DNA from: Pseudomonadota bacterium
GTDB lineage: Bacteria; Myxococcota_A; Polyangia; Polyangiales; Polyangiaceae
DNA: 32,000 bases
NCBI GenBank assembly: GCA_023402175.1
Contig: JAEXCN010000099.1
Location: 25,178 to 57,177 of the forward strand
Reading direction: 5' to 3'
Shown: piece after piece, positions 20,891 through 31,735 of the stretch
Layout of the letters: each line of letters begins with the position of its first letter
Position numbering within the stretch: the stretch's first letter is position 1
Translations under genes and position numbers: made by a program
The notes under the pieces: generated by a model
The model's input: the letters and a program-made list of their open reading frames with translations, nothing else
What the model was told of the DNA's origin: nothing
The model's database searches: none

Positions 20891-21229
20891 CGGGGCGGGT
20901 AGCTCCACTTTCGGAGCGCTGCGCGGTGAGCACCTTGTAGCTCGTGTACATACATGTGGTATGCCGAGCCTTGGCCATCGCCAAGTAGCTGTCTTTGCTT
21001 GGTTTCGTCAGGAGCGCGGCCCCCGCGGTACCCAGCTCATGAGGGGAAAGAGATCCACCCCCCACACGCGACCGAGGAGATCGGGGAAGCGCCTGCGCGC
21101 GAGCGGTCGCTGAATTCGTGCTCGGGCCGGGTGCGCGGCTTCCGATGGCGGAGCTCGGTCGAGCCCCCTCGTGCGCGACCACCTCGTCACCTCCGCTGGG
21201 CGGCACCGATCTTGGTTCGACGACGGCGC

Positions 21230-22117
21230 ATGAGGAACGAGCCGCAACAGGACCCCAGGACTCGAGCGAAGAAACCCCCGTTCCGCGAGGGCACGCAGCC
21301 GGCGCCTGCACGCGAATCACGCATGCGCGAGAAGCCAGACCATGGGGAAGAGACCTACCGCGGGCATGGCAGACTCGTTGACCGTGTGGCGCTGGTCACC
21401 GGCGCGGATAGCGGCATCGGCCGCGCGGTTGCGCTCGCCTACGCGCGCGAAGGAGCCGACGTCGCCATCTCGTATCTGAGCGAGCACGAAGATGCGAAAG
21501 AGACCGAGCGTCTCGTCACGGATGCTGGACGGCGAGCGCTGCTGCTGCCGGGCGACATCTCGGAGCGAGCCACCTGCGACCGTGTCATCAACTCGACCGT
21601 CGACACGTTCGGCCGGATCGACATCCTCGTGAACAATGCCGCGTTCCAGGGCAAGTCCGTCGAGAACTTCGAGGACATCGACGACGAGCGCGTCGAGCAA
21701 ACGTTCCGGACCAACATCGTCGCGATGTTTCGGCTCGTCCGCCGTGCGCTTCCGCACATGAAGCCGGGCTCTGCGATCATCAACGTCGCGTCGATCCAGG
21801 CGTATCAGCCGTCGAGCGGGATCCTCGACTACGCCGCGACGAAGGGAGCCATCGTGACGTTCACGAAGGGCCTCGCGCAGGAGGTGATCAAGCGAGGGAT
21901 CCGCGCGAACGCGATCGCGCCTGGCCCCGTGTGGACTCCGCTCATCGTCCAGTCGTTCGCCGAGGAGAAGGTGCAGAGCTTCGGCGAAGGAGCTCCGATG
22001 GAGCGCCCGGCTCAGCCCGCCGAGATGGCGCCTGCGTTCGTGTTCCTCGCGAGCGACGAGTCGCGCTACGTGAACGGCGAGGTCCTCGGGTTGACGGGCG
22101 GCAAGCCACTCGCGTGA
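21230..22117 (+). CDS. SDR-family oxidoreductase (YghA/YhdF general-stress type)
   Basis: ATG 21230 (MRNEPQQDP...KPPFREGTQP...YRGHGRL). TGADSGIG, NNAA, Y-x3-K (YAATK) and PGPVWTP motifs. Confidence 0.9.
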   Translation: MRNEPQQDPRTRAKKPPFREGTQPAPARESRMREKPDHGEETYRGHGRLVDRVALVTGADSGIGRAVALAYAREGADVAISYLSEHEDAKETERLVTDAGRRALLLPGDISERATCDRVINSTVDTFGRIDILVNNAAFQGKSVENFEDIDDERVEQTFRTNIVAMFRLVRRALPHMKPGSAIINVASIQAYQPSSGILDYAATKGAIVTFTKGLAQEVIKRGIRANAIAPGPVWTPLIVQSFAEEKVQSFGEGAPMERPAQPAEMAPAFVFLASDESRYVNGEVLGLTGGKPLA

Positions 22118-22402
22118 TCACGGCCACCTGGAGCATCACACCATCAGCGGTAGCGAGGACCCTCCCCGCGCGTCTCGGCGCGCGTCGGTGTGGAGATGGT
22201 CGAGGTCGTGGGCAGCCTGCTTCCATTCGCGCGAGCCTCCGACGCGTGATCGCCGCCTCATCGCCTCATCGTTGGTCATCCCATGCTCGCGCTCGCGTCG
22301 GCATCATGTCGCGATGCGCGTGAAGTCATTCCCCTCGTCGTGCAATCGCTGCCCGCGAAACCGTCGGCGAATGGCGTCGCCGCAGGTGCGGTGCGCAAGT
22401 CG

Positions 22403-23575
22403 AGCAGGCCCGCGTGCGTTACTTCTCCCAGCGCAAGTAGAGGTCGGCTCGCCCGCACGAGGCAAGGCGCCGGTGAGCGCGGCGAACGACATGCGCTCGC
22501 CGCTGCGGAGCGATCGTTCGCTCGGCGAACGACGTGCGCCACTGCGCGTGGAGGGATCGTTCGGTCGGCGAACGACGTAGGCCCATGGGCGTGGAGGCGC
22601 CGCTCGCGCGAGGAACGACGTGGGCCCGTGCGTGGAGGGATCGTTCGGTCGGCGAACGACATGCGCTTGCCCGCGTGGAGAGCTCGTTCGGTCGGCGAAC
22701 GACGTGGGCCCGTGGGCGGGGAGGGATCGTTCGGTCGGCGAACGACGTGGCGGCCCCATGCGCGAGGAGTCATTGTTCGCTCGGCGAACGACCCCACGTG
22801 GAGCCCTCGTTCGTTTGGCGAACGTCCCCGCGGTAAGGCATCGTTCGCCCGGCGAACGACCCCGCGGGAAGGCGTCGTCGCCCGGCGAAAGACCGAACGA
22901 CCCGGGCCCGTCCGCATGGAGTCATCACGCGTGCGCTACTTCTCCCAGCGCAAGTAGAGGTCGGCGCCCACGCACAGGGCAGAGGTGGCGGTGAGCGCGG
23001 CGAACGACATGCGCTCGTCCGCGTAGATTCATCGTTCGTTCGGCGAACGACCTCGCGGTAAGGCACGTTCGCCCGGCGAACGACCTCGCGGTAAGGCAGG
23101 TTCGCCCGGCGAACGACCCCGCGGTTAGGCATCGTCGCCCGGCGAACGACCCCGCGGTAAGACATCGTCGCCCGGCGAACGACCTCGCGGTAAGGCAGGT
23201 TCGCCCGGCGAACGACCCCGCGGTAAGGCATCGTCGCCCGGCGAACGACCTCGCGGTAAGGCACGTTCGTTCGGCGAACGACCCCGCGGTAAGGCATCGT
23301 TCGCCCGGCGAGCGACCTCGCGGTGACGCACGTTCGCCCGGCGAACGACCCCGCGGTAAGGCATCGTCGCCCGGCGAACGACCCCGGCCGTGCGCGTGGA
23401 GTCACCACGCGTGGGTTACTTGTCCCAGCGCAAGTAGAGGTCGGCGCCCACGCACAAGGCAGAGGTGGCGGTGAGCGCGGCGAACGACGTGTGCTCGTCC
23501 GCGTGGATTCATCGTTCGCTCTGCGAACGACGTGTGCTCGTCCGCGTGGATTCATCGTTCGCTCTGCGAACGTCT
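22403..23575. repeat. composite repeat field: ~22 copies of the palindrome CGTTCGCC-C-GGCGAACG, including a 33-bp tandem array (about 23033-23390), plus three copies of a ~115-bp module
   Basis: Module copies at about 22403-22515, 22917-23033 and 23397-23512 (..TTACTTCTCCCAGCGCAAGTAGAGGTCGGCG..GGTGAGCGCGGCGAACGAC..). There are no unique spacers. Lies between convergent genes. Confidence 0.85.
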
Positions 23576-23716
23576 GCCGGAGATGCCGCGTCCGGCCGCG
23601 TGCGTCCGTATCCGGTGAGCGCGAGAGCGCGGTCGGCAACGACGGGGAGGCCGGCATGAAGGCGTTCGGACCCTCGGATCAGCTTATTCTGCGAATGCTC
23701 ACGGGGAGGCGTGCGG

Positions 23717-24712
23717 CTACGGAGGGCCGGGGGCGTTCGGCGTGGCGTTGCTCTGGGGCGCCGCGGCAGCTTCTTCGTCCTGCTTGTCCCAGCGCGCTTT
23801 CAGCCACGGGTAGACCGTCTCGCCCATCGCGTGGAGCTGGATGACGTGATCCTTTGCGCGCGTCCCCTCGAAGCCGCGGATGTGGAAGCTGCCTTTGTCG
23901 ACGGCATAGATCTGATGCATGTCGTGCGGACCCGTCATGACCGCGGGGACCTTCTCGAGAGCGATCATCTCGAGGAGCTTCGCCACACACTCCTGCACGC
24001 TGGGGTACGGGCCCGTCGGGATCGTCGTGTGGGTGATCGCGAAGAGCTTCTCGTCGCGAGCTGCGGCCTCCGCGAGTTTCGCGAACTTCTCGAGCGCCTG
24101 CACGTTCACGGTTCGCTTCTTCGGGTTCGTGAAGTTCGTGAAGAACCCGTCGGCGAGGAGGACGGCATCGACGCGTGGAGCGACACTCTCGGTCAGCACA
24201 CGAGAGACCGAGCTGAAGCCGGCGCTCCACGCGGACAGCGCGATTCGCCGAAGCTGGGCGCCCTCGGCCCGCCCGCTCTTCATGATCTCCGCGTGAGCAT
24301 TCTCGAGCAGGCGGTCGAATGCCTCGGGTCTCTTGAATGCGTTCGAATACGGCTCGGTGCCGGCGCCGAGGTTCACGCTGACGACTGCGACATTGAGCTT
24401 CGCGTGCTCGATGTTCGCTTCTTGCCAGCGGCCTTCACCGTGGAAGTGGACGATGAGATCGTAGCCGCCTCTTTTGGCCGCGAACCACGGTGGGAGGTAA
24501 AGCTCCGCGCCTGTTGCGAGACTCGCGCGGTATGCCGTGGCGGTCTCGAGCTGTTTCGGCGTCTCGACCTCGGGGGTGCGTGGTTGACGCTCCGTCGTGC
24601 TCGCGGATCGAGCAGGCGGAGGCGTCGGTGGTCGGTCGTGAGAACAAGCCCCGAGCACCGTGAAGAGCGTCGCGAGGCTCGCGACGTACGCGGTTCGTAG
24701 TGCCGTTCGCAT
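23717..24712 (-). CDS. lipoprotein, possible alpha/beta-hydrolase-like (331 aa)
   Basis: ATG 24712 gives MRTALRTAYVASLATLFTVLGAC (lipobox), with IVHFHGEG... and LSAWSAGF motifs. The upstream part of the track ORF is rejected. Confidence 0.65.
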   Translation of the reverse strand: MRTALRTAYVASLATLFTVLGACSHDRPPTPPPARSASTTERQPRTPEVETPKQLETATAYRASLATGAELYLPPWFAAKRGGYDLIVHFHGEGRWQEANIEHAKLNVAVVSVNLGAGTEPYSNAFKRPEAFDRLLENAHAEIMKSGRAEGAQLRRIALSAWSAGFSSVSRVLTESVAPRVDAVLLADGFFTNFTNPKKRTVNVQALEKFAKLAEAAARDEKLFAITHTTIPTGPYPSVQECVAKLLEMIALEKVPAVMTGPHDMHQIYAVDKGSFHIRGFEGTRAKDHVIQLHAMGETVYPWLKARWDKQDEEAAAAPQSNATPNAPGPP

Positions 24713-25249
24713 TGCCCGCGGCCCTGCCAGTGTCGTTCCGACAGCCGCCGTTCGCGCCGGTCCTCCGGCTCCTGCGGCGTCTGTCGTCCGTGATGTTCGT
24801 GTTCGTCGCGTCCGTCGTGTTCGTACCGTCTGTAGGAGCGTCGTCAACGCCGTTCGAAGCGCCGTTCGAAGCACCGTGCAGACTGCAAAGTTTCGATATT
24901 GGGCGAGCGCGTCGGATACCGGGTTCATCGCAATTTTCCCGTGTGCTTTCAGCGACGCACCGGTCTCTGAGGGGCGCGAGCAGCAGGGGTGATGGACGCC
25001 CGTCTCAGGGAAATTCCGTTGTTCCGTGCACGCTCCTCCAAATTGTGCCGGAAGTTCGAGGGGGAGCAACTTAGCTGCATCTGGGCATCACCCTTGCCTA
25101 CACACATTTGGTCATGCCGAAGGTCGAAGCTGCCTGAGTCAGCATCTTCTCCCTACTCGGATCGGCATGCGCTCTCCCAATCGCTCCCACCACTGTCGAA
25201 AGGGGGCCTCGGCTGCGCGCTCTAGTCGGGACCCTTCTTGAGAGATCGT

Positions 25250-26953
25250 ATGGCCAATCCGAAAGTCCCTGCCCGACCCCAGACACCGTCCGCTCCCGTC
25301 GCTCCGATGGCCCCGCAGATCCCACTCGCGGGAAGGAGCAATTCAGGGATCGCTCCTCGAAGCCCGCAGGCGCCGCTTCCGCCGTCGGTGCCGCCGCCGC
25401 CGCCGCTTCCGGCCAACATGGGGAGCAGCCCGCCGCCCGCGAGCGTAATGTCGGCGAAGATCCCGCCGCCGCCGCCGCTTCCAGGGACGCATGCTTCGAC
25501 GTCGGGCTCGTCCGCCTCGCCGAACCCGACGATGCCGGACATCCAACCCGATCGGCCGACCGGCAAGACCATTCACACGGTCCGGCAGCTCATCGAGACC
25601 GTCGCTGTCCCGCGGATCTCGCTCGCGGTCGAGCGTGAAGGCGGGATGCCCGTGCAGCGAACGATCGTGCACGACGGCGACCTCTGCAAGATCGGCTCGC
25701 ACGCGTCGAACGACATCGTCCTTCGCGACCCGATGGTTTCTCGATTCCATTGCCGCCTCGTTCGCGAGGACGGGCTCTGGCGGCTCCGTGACTCGGGATC
25801 GATGAACGGTACGAAGCTCGACGGCGTTCGCGTTCGCGACGCCGACATCGTCGAAGGCGGCGTGCTCACGATCGGCGATTCGATCGTTCGCCTCCGCGCG
25901 GGCGCTCCGCAGAAGGAAGACATCGTCCCGATGCTGCCGTCCTTCGGCGCGCTCGTCGGAACGAGCCTCCCGATGCGCCGGCTGTTCGGTCTGCTCGACA
26001 AGATCGCGCAGAGCGACATCAACGTCCTCATCGAGGGCGAGAGCGGCACCGGCAAGGAGCTCGTCGCGACGGAGATCATGCAGCGCAGCTCGCGCGCGGA
26101 CAAGCCGTTCGTCGTCGTCGACTGCGGGGCGATCAGTCCGAGCCTCGTCGAGAGCGAGCTGTTCGGTCACGTTCGCGGCGCGTTCACCGGAGCCGACCGA
26201 GATCGCATGGGCGCCTTCGAGGCGGCGGACGGCGGTACGGTGTTCCTCGACGAGATCGGCGAGCTCCCGCTCGAGCTGCAGCCGAAGCTCCTTCGCGCGC
26301 TCGAGGCGCGGGAGATTCGGCGCGTCGGTGAGACCCGCGCACGCCGGGTGAACGTGCGCGTCATCTCGGCGACGAATCGCGATCTCGAGCGCGAGGTCAA
26401 CAAGGGCCGCTTCCGCGAGGATCTCTACTTCCGCCTCGCCGTCATCAGCGCGCGCGTGCCTCCGCTCCGCGAGCGCCTCGACGACATGCTGATCCTCGTG
26501 CGCACGTTCCTCCAGCAGCTCGGCGTCCCCGAGGAAGAGCGCCTGTTCCCGACGCAGGTGCTGCAGGACATGGCGAAGCACGACTGGCCCGGCAACGTCC
26601 GCGAGCTGCGGAACTACGTCGAGCGGAGCGTCGTGCTCCAGTCGGCGAGCCCCACGCTTCGCCGTGGTCAGGGCGCCGGACCTTCTGCGGCAGGCCCCCT
26701 CAACGGGATCGATCTGTCGGTGCCGTTCCGGATCGCCAAGGACGCGGTCATCGACTCGTTCGAGCGCTCGTACCTCTCGCAGCTTCTCGAAGCGGCGGGC
26801 GGCAACATGAGCAAGGCTGCACGCATGGCCGGCATGGACCGCATGTATCTGCATCGCCTCGTCCAGAAGCACGGGCTTCGAGGTGGGCGTGGCGCTCAAG
26901 GCGGATCCGGAGAACAACATCCGTCGATTCGCGTCGGTTCGATGAAGGAATGA
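25250..26953 (+). CDS. sigma54-dependent transcriptional activator with N-terminal Pro-rich region and FHA domain
   Basis: FHA ([26 protein letters not shown]...NGTKLDG). AAA+ ([29 protein letters not shown]). Fis-type HTH ([20 protein letters not shown]). The track start at 25238 is TTG. The ATG is at 25250. Confidence 0.9.
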   Translation: MANPKVPARPQTPSAPVAPMAPQIPLAGRSNSGIAPRSPQAPLPPSVPPPPPLPANMGSSPPPASVMSAKIPPPPPLPGTHASTSGSSASPNPTMPDIQPDRPTGKTIHTVRQLIETVAVPRISLAVEREGGMPVQRTIVHDGDLCKIGSHASNDIVLRDPMVSRFHCRLVREDGLWRLRDSGSMNGTKLDGVRVRDADIVEGGVLTIGDSIVRLRAGAPQKEDIVPMLPSFGALVGTSLPMRRLFGLLDKIAQSDINVLIEGESGTGKELVATEIMQRSSRADKPFVVVDCGAISPSLVESELFGHVRGAFTGADRDRMGAFEAADGGTVFLDEIGELPLELQPKLLRALEAREIRRVGETRARRVNVRVISATNRDLEREVNKGRFREDLYFRLAVISARVPPLRERLDDMLILVRTFLQQLGVPEEERLFPTQVLQDMAKHDWPGNVRELRNYVERSVVLQSASPTLRRGQGAGPSAAGPLNGIDLSVPFRIAKDAVIDSFERSYLSQLLEAAGGNMSKAARMAGMDRMYLHRLVQKHGLRGGRGAQGGSGEQHPSIRVGSMKE

Positions 26954-27123
26954 GCGTGCGCGGCACGCGGTGCCGCGCAATTCGAGCACAGTCCGGAAAG
27001 AGGGCCGTCATGCGGCCGCGGGGTCGCTTCCTCGAGAGGGGGAACGACCTCGTGACTTTTCGAGCTGACCGCTCGCGTCGCGCACGCCAGCTCTCGTCGC
27101 GCGCGAGGCTGGAGGCGCAGGCT

Positions 27124-28740
27124 TCAGAAGTCGCGGGCGATCTCTCCAGCGGCGCGAAGCCCGGAGAGCGCGCCACCCTCCATGAATCCTTGCCAGCTGT
27201 AGAACGAGTCGGTCGTCTCGCCGGCGAAGTGAAGGTTTCCGACGGGCTTTGCCTCGTTGCCGGCGACCGTCGTGAAATAGCCCGGAGCGTTGGCCGTGTA
27301 CGCGCCTTTCGTCCACGGCGACTGCGGCCACGACTCGAGGTGGCAGACGATGTTGCCCTTGTTGTCGCGACGCGCGCGCGCCTTCGATCCCGGCACGAGG
27401 CGCTCGAAGTCGTCGAGGAAACGTGAGGCGTCGGCCTGCGCGTTCGAGAGCGACCGGGCGAGCTGGCCGCCGGTGTAGTCGGTGATGACGGCACGCTGCG
27501 CGTTCGCGAGCGACGAGTTCGTCTCCCACGTCGTCTGGAGGCACGGCAGATCGCTGTAGCAAGCGCCGCTGCAGCCCTGCTCGACCCAGGGCCGCCCCGC
27601 GAAGCCGACCATCAGCTTCGAGTTGTCGCCGTAGACGGTGTTCTGGATCGCGCGCTTCTTCCAATCGGGTAGAGCCAGGCTCGCGTGCAGGTCGATCTCG
27701 CGGAGGAGGTGGAACGGAAGTGCGAGGACGACGGCGTCGTGGGTCACCGTCACCGTGCGACCGCCCTCGATGAAGGTGAGCTCGATGCGCCCATCCGAGA
27801 GCTTCTTCACGGCGACGAGCTTCCTGCCGAACCGGATCTGTCCCGAGAGCTTCGCCGCGAGCCCGACCGGGATCTGCTGGTTTCCGCCGACGACGTGATA
27901 GCGCTCGTCGCTGGAGTTGCCCCAGAGGCGAAGCTTCGATTGTCGCGACGCCTTCGCGAACAGCAGGAACGCGAGCGAGCTCATTCGATCGACGGGGACG
28001 CCGTACTCGATCTCGTATGCGACCGAGAGAAGCGCCTTGATGTGCGGCGGAGCCCCGCGCCGTTCGAGCCACTCGGCGAGGCTCATTCGATCGAGCGTCG
28101 CGTCGGCAGGGGTGAACGCGTCGGCCGTCGGCGAACGGACCGCGCGGAGGTCGTCGCGCATCGCATCGACGAGGACGCGATATTCCTCGACGAGCCGCGA
28201 CTCCGGGATGGTCTCGCCGCCGAAGCGATAGAAGGTGTCGCGTTTGGGCTTCGTGATCTCCTCGAGCGAGAGGTTCAGCTCACGCGCGTAGCCGATCATC
28301 GTCTTGTGGCCCGTGTCGATCAGCTCGCCGCCGCGTTCGATGACTTGTCCGAGCCAGTCGACCGGGCCGGCGAATGCTCCGCCCATCGAGCAGATTCGCC
28401 CGCCGACGCGTGTGTTGCCTTCGTGGATCGTCGCCTTCACGCCGACCCGCGTGAGCTCGTACGCGCAGGACAGACCGGCAATGCCCGCTCCCACGATGCC
28501 GACGTCGGCGGTGATCTTCTTGAGCGATGCACGCGTCTGCGCGATCGGATCGTCGCCGTCGTCCGTCGGCGCGGCGCAACCAGCGAGCACGCGTGGAGCG
28601 GCCAGCGCAGCGACGCCGACGCCCATGCCTTGGAGCACGCTTCGACGCCCGATTCGCTGCGTCGCGCGATGTTGCGGTTCGTTCGTGTCGGCGGTGCGGA
28701 TCGTCTCGAACACGCGGCGGAGGAGGGGAGTACGCGCCAT
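27124..28740 (-). CDS. FAD-dependent amine oxidase (flavin monoamine oxidase family) with Tat signal
   Basis: GRRSVLQGMGVG twin-arginine motif, DVGIVGAGIAGLSCAYEL dinucleotide fold, and C-terminus ...LHFAGETT..GFMEGGALSG. Confidence 0.85.
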   Translation of the reverse strand: MARTPLLRRVFETIRTADTNEPQHRATQRIGRRSVLQGMGVGVAALAAPRVLAGCAAPTDDGDDPIAQTRASLKKITADVGIVGAGIAGLSCAYELTRVGVKATIHEGNTRVGGRICSMGGAFAGPVDWLGQVIERGGELIDTGHKTMIGYARELNLSLEEITKPKRDTFYRFGGETIPESRLVEEYRVLVDAMRDDLRAVRSPTADAFTPADATLDRMSLAEWLERRGAPPHIKALLSVAYEIEYGVPVDRMSSLAFLLFAKASRQSKLRLWGNSSDERYHVVGGNQQIPVGLAAKLSGQIRFGRKLVAVKKLSDGRIELTFIEGGRTVTVTHDAVVLALPFHLLREIDLHASLALPDWKKRAIQNTVYGDNSKLMVGFAGRPWVEQGCSGACYSDLPCLQTTWETNSSLANAQRAVITDYTGGQLARSLSNAQADASRFLDDFERLVPGSKARARRDNKGNIVCHLESWPQSPWTKGAYTANAPGYFTTVAGNEAKPVGNLHFAGETTDSFYSWQGFMEGGALSGLRAAGEIARDF

Positions 28741-28934
28741 GCGATTGCCTCGTCACGTGCTCCGATGTCGTGCGCCGGAGCTGTGTGCGACGACGTGGGT
28801 GCATCCGCCGTGCCCCCGCAAGAGTCACGTCGCGACGAATGCTTGCGAGAGGCGTGTCCGGGACGGCGGTGCGTCGTCGATCCAGCGGGACGCCCCAGGC
28901 GCGCACGCGGATCGTCACGCGCGCGCTCAGCGGG

Positions 28935-30554
28935 TCAGGCGCTCTTCTTCGGGCGGACGATGGCGAGCACCATCGAGAGATCGCTCTTTCCGAGCTCGCC
29001 CATCACGACCAGAGCGACGGCATACGCCACCGCGATCGCCGGTGCGACGACGAGCGTTGCCATCTTGCCGAAGCGCGGAAGATAGAGCCCGAGCGCAGTC
29101 GCGCCGGCGATGCACAGGCCGACGCGGAGCGCTGTCTTCAGCGGGACGAACGCGCCTGCGGCGCGCCGCGCGCTGATGATGCCGAAGACGAGCGAGGTGC
29201 CGAGCGCTCCGGCAGCAGCGGTCGCGGCCCCCATGACTTGCAGGCGACCGAATCCGGCATTCGGGACGAGCACCATGCACGCGCCGACGAGCAGCGCGAG
29301 CGCGATTGCCGTGAGCGACATCGCGACTCGCTCGCGGCCGAGGCTCACGAGGATCGTCGTCGCGAGGCCGAGCATCGCGAAGGCGGCCTGGCCGAGGACG
29401 AGGATGCGCAGGGCCGGACCACCGGCGGCGGCGATCTCGGCGTCGTACGCGATACGGATCAGCGACTCGGGAATGGCGACGATCACCGTGACCATGAGCC
29501 CGCACACGATCGCGCCGATGCGCGACCCCCGCGAGACGAGCTCGGCGACGCGCGCATCTCCCTCTTCCTTCTTCGCACGCGCGAGCATCGGGAAGAGCAC
29601 CTGCGTGACGCTGAACAGGAGCTGGTAGGGGAGAAAGGCGAAGAGCTGACACGCTCGATACACCGCGACCCACTCATTCGCCGCTTGCGCCGGCTCTGCC
29701 GCGATGCCGCCAGGCGTGAGCGGCAGCGGCGTGCGCGCCGCCGCGAGCGACAGGTAACGACCGAGCATGAAGATGTCGGCCTGCATCAGGCCGTTGACGA
29801 AGAGCTGCGCGATCATCACCGGGACGATCAGCCGAACGTACGTGGCGAACGTCGGAACGCCGGGCGGACGCGCGGCCGCGTCGAACGTCGCGCCCGTGCC
29901 GGTCCAGCGAAGCGCGAGAAGCAGGACGCCGACGGCGGCGAGCACGGCGCCGAACGTTGCGCCGAGCATGCCGGGGAGCGTCCCCGCCGCGACGGCGACG
30001 CCGCGCGCATTGCGCACGAAGAACCAACCGATGCCGAGCATGCCGACGGTCCGCAACGTGGCGGCGACCATGTCGAGGCCGGCCTGCCTCGTGAACATGC
30101 GCCGGCCGTTGATGTACCCGACCAACGGAGCATAGACGCCGTAGACGGCGAGGACGCCGGCCATCGCTGCGAGCGGCGCCAGAATCTCCGGCGCGCCCTG
30201 GATGCGCGCGACGAGCGGCGCGGCCAGCAAGAGGATCCCGGTCGCGACCGCGGCGATGCCGAGATGCGCTCGCAACGTCGCCCTGAGCGCCTCGCGTTCG
30301 TAGGCGCCCGCCGCCGCTACCGTCCGGCTCACTCCCTGCGTCGAGCTGGCGACGATGACGTTGTTGAAGACGTTCGAGACGGCGAATACGCGTGCGAGCG
30401 CGCCGTAGTCGGCTCTTCCGATCGCGCGCGGAAGGAGCGCTTGCTGCACGAGTCCCGTCAGGATGAAGAAGACCTTCGCGACGAGGACGGCGAGCCCTCC
30501 GCGTCCGGCTTGCTTCTGTTCTTCGTTTGCCCCCGCGGTGCTCTTGTTCGTCAT
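28935..30554 (-). CDS. MOP-superfamily polysaccharide/oligosaccharide flippase (Wzx/MurJ-like)
   Basis: ATG 30554 (MTNKSTAGANEEQ...). About 12-14 TM helices, and the LPRAIGRADYGALARVF..N.......QGVSR pattern typical of polysaccharide biosynthesis proteins. Confidence 0.8.
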   Translation of the reverse strand: MTNKSTAGANEEQKQAGRGGLAVLVAKVFFILTGLVQQALLPRAIGRADYGALARVFAVSNVFNNVIVASSTQGVSRTVAAAGAYEREALRATLRAHLGIAAVATGILLLAAPLVARIQGAPEILAPLAAMAGVLAVYGVYAPLVGYINGRRMFTRQAGLDMVAATLRTVGMLGIGWFFVRNARGVAVAAGTLPGMLGATFGAVLAAVGVLLLALRWTGTGATFDAAARPPGVPTFATYVRLIVPVMIAQLFVNGLMQADIFMLGRYLSLAAARTPLPLTPGGIAAEPAQAANEWVAVYRACQLFAFLPYQLLFSVTQVLFPMLARAKKEEGDARVAELVSRGSRIGAIVCGLMVTVIVAIPESLIRIAYDAEIAAAGGPALRILVLGQAAFAMLGLATTILVSLGRERVAMSLTAIALALLVGACMVLVPNAGFGRLQVMGAATAAAGALGTSLVFGIISARRAAGAFVPLKTALRVGLCIAGATALGLYLPRFGKMATLVVAPAIAVAYAVALVVMGELGKSDLSMVLAIVRPKKSA

Positions 30555-31720
30555 CGGCTCTGGAGCTGCTGCGCCGGGCGGAGCGCGACGGGACGCTGAG
30601 GCAGATCGATCGTCCTCGTCGACTCGACGAGCGTGCAGCCGTCCTTGCGTTCGAAGACGTGCACGGCGTACCCGGCGCCGCCGCGGCGACGATCGCCGAC
30701 GTAGAGGGTGCTGCCTCGCCAGGCGAGCCCCTGGAGATCGTAGCCGGCAGTGGGCCCGAGCACGGGGCTCTGTTTGGTGGAGAAGATCTGGCCGCTGTCG
30801 GGATCGAACGTCACCACCCACGTCGGGTTAACGTCCTTCTCTGGGCCGGCGATGATGGCAGCGCCACAGCCGTCGGTCACCGCGATCTCCGCGACGCTGC
30901 CGCCGAGGTCGCGCTCGCGTACGACGAGGCGCGATGTCGACGTGGCGGTGTCGAACCGCTCGATGCCAGCGAGCTCGTCGTCGGCGGCGTCGAAGTTCCC
31001 GGGCTCGGCCATGAACAGCACGCCTGCGACCTCGGACATGGGGTTGAACGGGTTCCTGCCTTGCAGGTCGAACACCGCCTCGGCCTTGCGCGTCGCGACG
31101 TCGATGCGAAGCATCTGCGACGTCTGCTTCGACCGCAGCGAGTCCGTGTCGTCGAGGCGCTCCAGCGTGACGAACGCCTTCGCAGCGCCGTCGATCATGA
31201 CGATGTGCACCGCGTCGGGCTGCGGGTTGCCGTCCTCGTCGTAGTCTTTCAAGTCGAGCGACGTGGGCTCGAGGAGGCCGTCCTTGAAGAACGCGATCCG
31301 GCCCGCCGTGTAGAGAGGCACGACGACGGTCCCATCGGGAGCAGCCGCTGCATCGTGCGGATTGGCGGACCGCTTCTCTCCGGTGATCGGATCGGTCGGC
31401 GCGAGCGAGCTCACGCTCATGCGCGCCTTCGGCGTCCCGCACGCCGCGTCGACCTCGAACAAGAGATCGTTGTCGCGCGCGAGGAAGAACGCTCGACCGT
31501 TCGCCGATGCCAGCATCGGATCGCCGCCCAGATCCGAGCCCGCCGCGCACGCGCCGGGCGCTCCGCAGAGACGGCTCGACGAATAGTCACTCGCCGCGAC
31601 GATGAGCTCGACGCCGTCGCACGGAGCCGACCCCGGTGCGTCGTCGGAGCCGCAACCCGGAGCGACCACGGCGATGGCCGCGATCGCGACGAGCGGAAGG
31701 GCAGAAAGGGCTGACCTCAC
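30551..31720 (-). CDS. lipoprotein, possible beta-propeller fold (389 aa)
   Basis: MRSALSALPLVAIAAIAVVAPGC lipobox. Its stop overlaps the flippase start in ATGA (translational coupling). Confidence 0.7.
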   Translation of the reverse strand: MRSALSALPLVAIAAIAVVAPGCGSDDAPGSAPCDGVELIVAASDYSSSRLCGAPGACAAGSDLGGDPMLASANGRAFFLARDNDLLFEVDAACGTPKARMSVSSLAPTDPITGEKRSANPHDAAAAPDGTVVVPLYTAGRIAFFKDGLLEPTSLDLKDYDEDGNPQPDAVHIVMIDGAAKAFVTLERLDDTDSLRSKQTSQMLRIDVATRKAEAVFDLQGRNPFNPMSEVAGVLFMAEPGNFDAADDELAGIERFDTATSTSRLVVRERDLGGSVAEIAVTDGCGAAIIAGPEKDVNPTWVVTFDPDSGQIFSTKQSPVLGPTAGYDLQGLAWRGSTLYVGDRRRGGAGYAVHVFERKDGCTLVESTRTIDLPQRPVALRPAQQLQSR

Positions 31721-31735
31721 GCCCGGAGTTGTACC

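Noticed and set aside
23033-23390. Possible CRISPR array (33-bp periodicity, palindromic core)
   Set aside because: The units are contiguous and nearly identical, with no unique spacers between repeats. No cas genes are in the window. This is a tandem repeat, not a CRISPR array.
22283-23657. Repeat proteins predicted on both strands (for example 22770..23657 -, PYRGVVRRAN repeats)
   Set aside because: The ORFs exist in several frames on both strands because the repeat is palindromic and 33 bp (11 codons) long. The composition is extreme and no start context is present. They are most likely non-coding.
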